Assembly: GCA_910576875.1 (NCBI GenBank)
Contig: CAJTKI010000003.1
Coordinates: 1 to 44,796 of the forward strand
Source of the DNA: an uncultured Christensenella sp.
Lineage (GTDB): Bacteria > Bacillota > Clostridia > Christensenellales > UBA3700
Reading direction: 5' to 3'
Length of the DNA: 44,796 nt
Every line of letters starts with the position of its first letter. Within the stretch, counting starts at the first letter, position 1. Positions 36,974 through 42,731 of the stretch are shown here, in pieces. The position numbers and the translations under genes were made by a program. Below the pieces are notes generated by a model. It made no database searches, was not told the DNA's origin, and was given only the letters and a program-made list of their open reading frames with translations.

Positions 36974-37011
36974 GCGCTCCTTTGTATCAAAGAAGCGGCG
37001 GTATTTTTTCT

Positions 37012-37040
37012 ATCATAACACGGAGTCCGTCAAAAAGCAA
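37012..37040 (-). promoter_or_regulatory. Candidate promoter upstream of the MATE leader
   Basis: The minus strand reads TTGCTT (37040-37035), a 17-nt spacer, then TATGAT (37017-37012). Confidence 0.4.
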
Positions 37041-37078
37041 CCCGATCGAACGGGCGCGCGAAACTTACCGAAACGCGG

Positions 37079-37342
37079 TCAAAACCGCCGCAAACCGTAT
37101 TTCTCCAACACACCCGTCGCGCGAAAGCGATCCCGCGCGTCGCCGTGCCAGGCCGCAAGCACCGCGCTGTATTCTTGCAAGGACATGCACTGTGCGAGCA
37201 CAATGCAATATTCCAACGCTTCGTTCATGCGCTCTTCGAACGTTGCCGCAAGACATGCGGACAACCGAATCACTTCGTCGCGCCACTCGTTGCCGCGCAG
37301 CGTGCGTACAAAGCGCGCCGCCAACTCTTCAAATCCGGACAT
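37079..37342 (-). CDS. Hypothetical 87-aa protein (possibly the 3' part of a split gene)
   Basis: MSGFEELAARFVRTLRGNEWRDEV... has GC3-rich codons but only a weak SD. It overlaps the upstream short ORF by 14 nt in another frame. Confidence 0.4.
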   Translation of the reverse strand: MSGFEELAARFVRTLRGNEWRDEVIRLSACLAATFEERMNEALEYCIVLAQCMSLQEYSAVLAAWHGDARDRFRATGVLEKYGLRRF

Positions 37343-37493
37343 TGTTTTTCCCCCGATCCCATCGTACGGTCATCATACCACGGCGCGGCAACGCAAACGC
37401 GTTTTGCGCTTGCGGAAAAACCCCGTAAATCTGCAAAATCGACGGCATACGACCGTCGATCCGCAATTTGCATTCTCCGACACGGCGCAACAT
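37329..37493 (-). CDS. Short 54-aa ORF (possibly the 5' part of a split gene)
   Basis: MLRRVGECKLRIDGRMPSILQIYGVFPQAQNAFALPRRGMMTVRWDRGKNNVRI. It ends just after a G5A5 run (37345-37354). The ORF-track start at 37574 overlaps the GNAT gene and looks spurious. Confidence 0.25.
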   Translation of the reverse strand: MLRRVGECKLRIDGRMPSILQIYGVFPQAQNAFALPRRGMMTVRWDRGKNNVRI

Positions 37494-37542
37494 GCGTTCC
37501 CAATCGATTTCGCCGGCGCCGCGCGCACGCCGATCGGCGCGA

Positions 37543-38022
37543 TTATTCCGCCGAATCCGTATCTCCGTGCGCATCGGACAAGCGCTTGCGCATGACGATT
37601 TCCCGCGCCCGTCGATAGCCGATCTTGCGATACAACGCCTGCGCGGCGCGATTGCAACTCCCCGTCTTCAACGAAAAACTCCCGATCGCATACCGCTGCG
37701 CGCAATACCGCTCCGCATGCGCGATCATGGCGCGCGCGATTCCCCGACGGCGGGCGCGCGGAGCGACATAGACTTCGCTGATCTCCGCATAACGCCGCGC
37801 ATAACAAAACGAAGTCGCAATCTGCGCGCAAACGAATCCGACGACCTGCCCGTTCGTCTCCGCAACGAAGACGATCTCTCCCGCAGTCGCTTCCAACGCC
37901 GCCGCCACGCGATCCGCCGTCGTCGCGTCGACTCCGTTAAAGTCGCGATTCAATTCGTACAGCGCAGCCGCATCGCCGCGCGTCGCCGTTCGCACGACGA
38001 TATCCGCTCTATCCGTTTGCAT
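37543..38022 (-). CDS. GNAT-family N-acetyltransferase
   Basis: 159 aa from MQTDRADIVVRTATRGDAAALYEL (RBS GGAGGA), with an acetyl-CoA motif (VAPRARRRGIARAMIAHAE). The upstream ORF-track extension is discarded. Confidence 0.85.
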   Translation of the reverse strand: MQTDRADIVVRTATRGDAAALYELNRDFNGVDATTADRVAAALEATAGEIVFVAETNGQVVGFVCAQIATSFCYARRYAEISEVYVAPRARRRGIARAMIAHAERYCAQRYAIGSFSLKTGSCNRAAQALYRKIGYRRAREIVMRKRLSDAHGDTDSAE

Positions 38023-38124
38023 CACATTCCTCCGTCGAATTCCGTACGCCGACCGTCTGCGCGTACGCCGTTGCTTTCCGTTTTCGTTTTGCCCGTCGCA
38101 ATCGCATTTTCGTTCGGCAAACTC

Positions 38125-38153
38125 AGTATACCAAAACTTCGCCGCCCGAGCAA
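38125..38153 (-). promoter_or_regulatory. Candidate promoter of the GNAT gene
   Basis: The minus strand reads TTGCTC (38153-38148), a 17-nt spacer ending in TGG, then TATACT (38130-38125). The leader is about 100 nt. Confidence 0.45.
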
Positions 38154-38265
38154 GTCTCGCCTTTTGCAAGACGCCGTCGACGCATGCCGCCGCCATGCCC
38201 TTTTGCACGCAAATCCGATTACAAACCTTCTGCAAACAAGCGTAAAATATACCCGCCGAAAAAAA

Positions 38266-38295
38266 GTTGTAGGAAAAGTATACCTTTCCTACAAC
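38266..38295. repeat. Palindrome P1 (a 30-nt hairpin whose core is the 24-nt repeat); on the minus strand it resembles an intrinsic terminator
   Basis: GTTGTAGGAAA-AGTATACC-TTTCCTACAAC has an 11-bp outer stem plus a GTATAC core. A7 (38259-38265) precedes it on the plus strand, which is U7 after the hairpin on the minus strand. Confidence 0.6.
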
Positions 38296-38373
38296 ATCCG
38301 ATTTTGGTGAAAAACGACGATTTCGTCTTTTCAAATATAACACAAACGTATCAAATCATGCAACTGTTCGGAC

Positions 38374-38397
38374 GTAGAAAAAGTATACTTTTCTTAC
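38374..38397. repeat. Palindrome P2, a near copy (21/24) of the P1 core, overlapping a TATACT -10-like hexamer upstream of the LRR gene
   Basis: GTAGAAAAAGTATACTTTTCTTAC compared with P1 GTAGGAAAAGTATACCTTTCCTAC. The centres are 105 bp apart. P2 ends 21 nt before the ATG at 38419. Confidence 0.6.
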
Positions 38398-38418
38398 TGC
38401 TTCCAAAAGGAGTACTTT

Positions 38419-40311
38419 ATGAAAAAGAAATCGATTATCGCGTTTTTATCGCTGATCTTCGCCATCGCGTGCGTCGCGGGACTGACGTCCTGTATCGATG
38501 ACGGAACGCATACGCATGCGTTCGATTCGGCTTGGTCAACGACCGATACGCACCATTGGCACGCATGCGACGGCTGCGACGAACAATCCGATTATGCGCC
38601 GCATGCGTTCGGGGAATGGACGATTCTTACACCTGCAACCGAAACAACCCCGGGCAGCCGAAGCCGCGCTTGTTCGACTTGCGGATACGCGCAAGTACAA
38701 CAAATCCCCGAATTGTCCCACACGCATACCTATGCGACGACGTACACGTACGACGAGCGCGAACATTGGCGCGCCGCGACGTGCGGACACGATGTGAAAA
38801 TCGATCGTGCCGCGCATGCGTTCCGAGACGGCGCTTGCTCAGTTTGCGGATGCGCGGATCCGAACGCCGTCTACGACTTTACCGAAGTCCGAGACGACGG
38901 CGAGTTGATCGGATACGCAATCGCCGTCAAAGCCGAATGCAGATCCAACACCGCATTTACGATCCCGGAAGAATATGACGGCAAACCCGTCGTCGCGATT
39001 GCCGATTATGCGTTCCGCGAAACCGCAATGACAACGCTTACGATCCCCGATTGCATTCAAAGCATCGGCAACAGCGCATTTTGGTCGAGCGAATTGAAGG
39101 AAATCGTTATTCCGGACTCTGTCCGAACGATCGGCTACGCTTTCTACGCCGCGCCGAAACTGGAACAGGTCGTTCTGGGCAACGGAATCGAAGAGATCCC
39201 GATGTACGCGTTTCGCGCGACGCCGTCGCTGACTTCGGTGCAACTGGGCAATCGCGTCCGTTCGATCGGCGACTACGCCTTTTATCAATGCGGCATCTCC
39301 CGCATCAAGTTGCCGGATAGCGTACAGACGCTGGGCAAGAGCGTATTCCACGATGCGACCTCTTTGCAATCGATCGTATTGAGCAGCCAAATCACGAGCA
39401 TTCCGGAATACACGTTCTACAACTGCTCGCAGTTGCAAGCTTTCTCGCTGGCAAACATTTCGCAAGTCGGCGCCAAAGCGTTTTACAATTGCGGCAATTT
39501 CCAAGCCGATATCTCAACCGAAACGACGGAGTTTGCAACCGACGCATTTCGACAGAGCGGAATCGCGAGTCTATACTGGGACAAACCGACCGTCCCGCGA
39601 TACGGATTTACGGATCTTCCCCGCCTGACTTCGGTCGTACTCGGCGACAACGTCACCAAACTCGACTCTTTTGCTTTCCAAAACTGTGCCGCGCTGAAAT
39701 CAATCTCCATCGGCAAATCTTTGAGCGCGTACGACGGTTCGGCATTTGCAGGTTGTCCGTACGGTACGATTACCGTGCATCCGGACAACGCATCTCTGAG
39801 CGTCGCAGACAACATGCTTTTGAGTAAGGATGGCACAATCTTGAAACGGGCAAATGCCGCAGGCGATATCCCCTCTACCGTTACGACAATCGGCGGCTAT
39901 GCTTTCTACGGACACGAGGCGATCGAAACCCTGACGTGCGAAAACATTCGATTCATCCAAGACTATGCGTTTGCCGGGTGTAAGAAACTCAAAAGCGTTA
40001 CGCTGATGCCCAATCCCAACAAAGGCGCATTCGCCGTACAATCGCATGCGTTTGCCGATTGTCTGCAATTGCAAACCGTTGTCGTCCCCGCAAAAGTCGG
40101 TCATCTGGGCATGAGCGTGTTCAAAGGATGCACCGATTTGCAAAGCGTCCGATTCGAATATACCCCAAATTGGAAAGTGCTGAAAAACGGCGAATCTTCT
40201 TCCGCGGGCACGCTCGTCGATGTCAGCGATCCGCACAAAAACGTCGAATATTTTATCGACCTATACGCCGATCGCAGTTGGTACAACGGATCCGCGCAAA
40301 ACAATTACTGA
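38419..40311 (+). CDS. BspA-type leucine-rich-repeat (LRR_5) surface lipoprotein with a His/Cys-rich N-terminal module
   Basis: 630 aa with signal peptide and lipobox (AGLTSC) and RBS AAGGAG. It has many F..C..L..I.IP.SV..IG..AF repeats. The N-terminus carries repeated HTH..(H)W..C motifs. Confidence 0.85.
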   Translation: MKKKSIIAFLSLIFAIACVAGLTSCIDDGTHTHAFDSAWSTTDTHHWHACDGCDEQSDYAPHAFGEWTILTPATETTPGSRSRACSTCGYAQVQQIPELSHTHTYATTYTYDEREHWRAATCGHDVKIDRAAHAFRDGACSVCGCADPNAVYDFTEVRDDGELIGYAIAVKAECRSNTAFTIPEEYDGKPVVAIADYAFRETAMTTLTIPDCIQSIGNSAFWSSELKEIVIPDSVRTIGYAFYAAPKLEQVVLGNGIEEIPMYAFRATPSLTSVQLGNRVRSIGDYAFYQCGISRIKLPDSVQTLGKSVFHDATSLQSIVLSSQITSIPEYTFYNCSQLQAFSLANISQVGAKAFYNCGNFQADISTETTEFATDAFRQSGIASLYWDKPTVPRYGFTDLPRLTSVVLGDNVTKLDSFAFQNCAALKSISIGKSLSAYDGSAFAGCPYGTITVHPDNASLSVADNMLLSKDGTILKRANAAGDIPSTVTTIGGYAFYGHEAIETLTCENIRFIQDYAFAGCKKLKSVTLMPNPNKGAFAVQSHAFADCLQLQTVVVPAKVGHLGMSVFKGCTDLQSVRFEYTPNWKVLKNGESSSAGTLVDVSDPHKNVEYFIDLYADRSWYNGSAQNNY

Positions 40312-40551
40312 TCGCGACTCCGCTCCGCGGGATCGGATGCCGCGGAAGCGGATCGGACGCATTCGCGTCAACCAACCGCAATCAAGCGTCTCCAAGCCCA
40401 ATCGCATACCGCTGTGTCGGGATCAATCGTTACAGATTCGCTTGACGCCCATCGTACGTCATCGAGTCGATCGACACTGCCACGCAAACGACAAAGCGGT
40501 ATGGATGCGCCGCTCGGATCGCGATATCGCCGACGACTTGCGAGATCATAC

Positions 40552-40590
40552 AAAAAGGGCTTTTGCACATCTGTGCAAAAGCCCTTTTTT
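40552..40590. terminator. Strong bidirectional intrinsic terminator
   Basis: AAAAAGGGCTTTTGCAC-ATCT-GTGCAAAAGCCCTTTTT forms a 17-bp stem with A and T runs on both sides. It lies 21 nt after the 266-aa gene (-) and 240 nt after the LRR gene (+). Confidence 0.8.
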
Positions 40591-40610
40591 CAATCAACGA
40601 TCGTACCTTA

Positions 40611-41411
40611 CTAAAATTCTATCATCGGAAACACCCGTTTCAACCAATCCGCACAGATACCGTCGCGTTTGCGCCAGCGGTGGACGGGATAATAGAAATC
40701 GTTCTTGTGCTCGACCGATCCGCGCGCGTACGTATCCGCAAATCGATCGTAAAAACACGGATATTCTTGCGATGCCAAAACGCCGCATATGCCCAGTATG
40801 CCCAACAAAATGCACGTCTCCGTCTTGTTGGTCGGCAATATGCGCTCTTGCAGAATGCGATCGCGCAATTTGCCGACTTTATCCGTATCGTCCAACTGCT
40901 CCACGCACCCCAATATGCGTTTGAATATCTCCGTATCGCGCGGCGTCGGCGCGACTTTGGGCATTTCGACAAACCGCTCCAAATCGAACAACGCAAAATC
41001 CGCGTTTGTGTGGTTGTACCCGCCGAATTTGTACCGCATGAAATTCATGACGTTCCGATCGATCCGCCGATGCCAAGCGCAAATCTCGCACGAGCTTTCC
41101 AAAACCGTAGATCGTTTTTCGTGCCGTTCGATCGCCGCCGCATACCAATAACTGCCCAGCGCCGATCTGTATTCCAACTTGCGCGTCGAAAGGCTGTACA
41201 AAAACGCGTTTGCAGCGTCCGCCGGCTCGATCTTGCGCACTGCGGCGCAAATCCGCTCCAACGTCTCCGCGTGCGAAATCTCCTGTTCCGCCGGCTCGAA
41301 CATATACCCCTCCGCCTTCGCAATCGCAAAGTCTTGTTCGGATATCGTCGGCTGTCGCTTCCAGCCGTTCGACCAAAAATAATCCAACAGGATTCTCTGT
41401 CCCTTATCCAT
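40611..41411 (-). CDS. Hypothetical 266-aa protein (orphan; no family recognised)
   Basis: MDKGQRILLDYFWSNGWKRQ... has RBS AAGGAG. An extended -10 (TGCTATACT, 41429-41437) lies about 18 nt upstream of the ATG. Codon usage matches the host. Confidence 0.6.
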   Translation of the reverse strand: MDKGQRILLDYFWSNGWKRQPTISEQDFAIAKAEGYMFEPAEQEISHAETLERICAAVRKIEPADAANAFLYSLSTRKLEYRSALGSYWYAAAIERHEKRSTVLESSCEICAWHRRIDRNVMNFMRYKFGGYNHTNADFALFDLERFVEMPKVAPTPRDTEIFKRILGCVEQLDDTDKVGKLRDRILQERILPTNKTETCILLGILGICGVLASQEYPCFYDRFADTYARGSVEHKNDFYYPVHRWRKRDGICADWLKRVFPMIEF

Positions 41412-41627
41412 TCGCGCTCCTTACCGCCAGTATAGCACAAAAGCGTCGTCCGATCATGCCTTTGCCGAAAAATCTTACGCGCACCGCCCGATCAAGCGGA
41501 TCTCTATATAATACCGCGCGAATCCAAGCGAATCCGATTCGGCAATCGATAGCGCCGCCCGCTGCGCGCATCATCGAATCCTAGGATGTTTCAAGCGTTG
41601 CAACGCCCGCTTTTCGCCGACATTATA

Positions 41628-41658
41628 AACAAGACGCGAAATATTTTCGCGCCTTGTT
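41628..41658 (-). terminator. Hairpin downstream of the zinc-ribbon gene (weak terminator candidate)
   Basis: AACAAGACGCGAAA-TAT-TTTCGCGCCTTGTT pairs at 13/14 positions. On the minus strand TTTATAAT follows. Confidence 0.45.
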
Positions 41659-41740
41659 ATATAAATTGCTTAACTAAGCGCATTGCAAGCATCCCGTATC
41701 GCAGGCATCCCGCATAAATCTCAAATCGCTTTCGGTAAAA

Positions 41741-41971
41741 TCAATTCTGCCAATTTCTGCGTTCCTTTTTGCAGTACAATTTTTCGGGATCCGCGCAGTA
41801 TGTACGAACGACGCTTCCGCAATCGCGACAAACGGTCGCAAAGAGCGCCGCGCTCCGCAAGCCGCCGTTCTGTACGGGCGTTAAGTATGCGCCGCCGTAA
41901 GATGCGACTCGTGTTTCCATCATTTCTTCGCCGCCGCAAAACGGACATATCCGGATTTTGATCTCTTTCAT
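41741..41971 (-). CDS. Small zinc-ribbon protein (76 aa)
   Basis: MKEIKIRICPFCGGEEMME...ATVCRDCGSVVRTY, with a CPxCG and a CxxCG pair about 35 residues apart. The RBS is GAAGGGGA. The ORF-track upstream extension is discarded. Confidence 0.6.
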   Translation of the reverse strand: MKEIKIRICPFCGGEEMMETRVASYGGAYLTPVQNGGLRSAALFATVCRDCGSVVRTYCADPEKLYCKKERRNWQN

Positions 41972-42048
41972 AATATTTCCCCTTCGTATGATCGCACGCA
42001 ACTTGCCGATCGTATTGCCGAACAATCGAATAGCCGGTTCGCATATCT

Positions 42049-42077
42049 ATTATAATATATTTATAAAACGAATTCAA
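42049..42077 (-). promoter_or_regulatory. Candidate promoter of the zinc-ribbon gene
   Basis: The minus strand reads TTGAAT (42077-42072), a 17-nt spacer, then TATAAT (42054-42049). Confidence 0.5.
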
Positions 42078-42328
42078 TCGCCTATTTTCTCAAATCGATA
42101 ATATGAATATTACACGAATAATTAACATCTAGATTAGCAAAATTATTTAAGACCTTCTTTGGAACCTTATTATTATCTTCATAATTGTGGCATATTTTTT
42201 TCTCTTATAAAATTAGTTTAATGTTTAAGATTTTAAATTGTTTTACCATATAAGAAATAAAATCACATTGATACTAATAGAATTTTTATAATTAAATTCC
42301 TAATAATAACATACAAAACGATTGATAT
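42078..42328. other. AT-rich non-coding patch (about 20% GC) abutting the tRNA-Leu terminator
   Basis: By hand count there are 50 G/C in the 250 nt from 42081 to 42330. No ORF longer than 13 codons exists on either strand. Confidence 0.8.
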
Positions 42329-42377
42329 AAAAAAGTGAACAGTACACTTTTTTTATTGCAAAAGTTGTACTGTTCAC
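42329..42377 (-). terminator. Intrinsic terminator of tRNA-Leu
   Basis: On the minus strand, GTGAACAGTACA...TGTACTGTTCAC (12 bp) is extended by ACTTTT/AAAAGT. T6 follows. It starts 4 nt after the tRNA CCA end. Confidence 0.75.
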
Positions 42378-42381
42378 ATCT

Positions 42382-42468
42382 TGGTGCGGATGACAGGACT
42401 TGAACCTGCACAGCCTTGCGACTATAAGAACCTGAATCTTACGCGTCTGCCAATTCCGCCACATCCGC
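42382..42468 (-). tRNA. tRNA-Leu (anticodon CAG), class II with a long variable arm and an encoded CCA
   Basis: 87 nt: GCGGATGTGGCGGAATTGGCAGACGCGTAAGATTCAGGTTCTTATAGTCGCAAGGCTGTGCAGGTTCAAGTCCTGTCATCCGCACCA. It has a 7-bp acceptor stem, an anticodon stem TAAGA/TCTTA with loop TTCAGGT, and a T-loop TTCAAGT. Confidence 0.93.
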
Positions 42469-42478
42469 ATGTGGTCTT

Positions 42479-42507
42479 AGTTTATCCTATTTCCGTCGCG
42501 AAAGCAA
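42479..42507 (-). promoter_or_regulatory. Candidate tRNA-Leu promoter
   Basis: The minus strand reads TTGCTT (42507-42502), a 17-nt spacer, then TAAACT (42484-42479). This lies 10 nt before the mature 5' end, with an A/T-rich tract upstream. Confidence 0.5.
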
Positions 42508-42701
42508 GTATTTTTGCAGAGTTTCTAAAAAACTTCGGAGACAAATTTTGTTCTCGTTACACGCAACGAACACAACGGGCGGCGCAAAGACGACGCGGCA
42601 TAGCGCGGCAAGCATCTCTCGCGCCGGTATGCGACGACGCGCGGCAAATTGTCGGCGACGGCAAAAATTTGCCGCAAAATCCGTACAAGCTTGCGCGCAT
42701 G

Positions 42702-42710
42702 TGATATAAT
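42702..42710 (+). promoter_or_regulatory. Extended -10 element upstream of the DUF815 gene
   Basis: TGATATAAT is 21 nt before the ATG at 42732. The SD AAGGAGA is at 42718-42724. Confidence 0.4.
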
Positions 42711-42731
42711 ATAGCGCAAGGAGAACGTTCT

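Noticed and set aside
36922-37011. A guanidine (ykkC or mini-ykkC) or other known MATE-associated riboswitch
   Set aside because: The leader is too short for ykkC and lacks the paired ACGR-loop hairpins of mini-ykkC. I kept it only as an unclassified attenuator candidate.
40368-40568. 66-aa minus-strand ORF (MQKPFLYDLASRRRYRDPSG...) in the LRR gene tail
   Set aside because: It starts inside the bidirectional terminator stem, has no SD, and has Arg/Ser/Asp-rich composition.
41412-41584. A minus-strand ORF of about 58 codons (MMRAAGGAIDCRIGFAWIRAVLYRDPL...) upstream of the 266-aa gene
   Set aside because: It has no SD and uses several codons that are rare here (TTA, AGA, ATA, AGG). It also runs through the predicted promoter and SD of the downstream gene.
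42078-42330. The AT-rich patch as a replication origin, a MITE or a type I toxin locus
   Set aside because: It has no DnaA-box consensus (TTATCCACA-like) clusters and no dnaA or dnaN nearby. I found no terminal inverted repeats. The only hydrophobic mini-ORF (MLIIRVIFILSI, minus strand) is 12 codons, too short for known type I toxins, and lacks an SD.
38023-42468. Calling the tRNA-Leu-adjacent segment a genomic island or prophage remnant as a feature
   Set aside because: There is no integrase, recombinase or phage gene. I could find no direct repeat of the tRNA 3' end. The coding genes have host-like GC and codon usage. I kept it only as a hypothesis in the findings.
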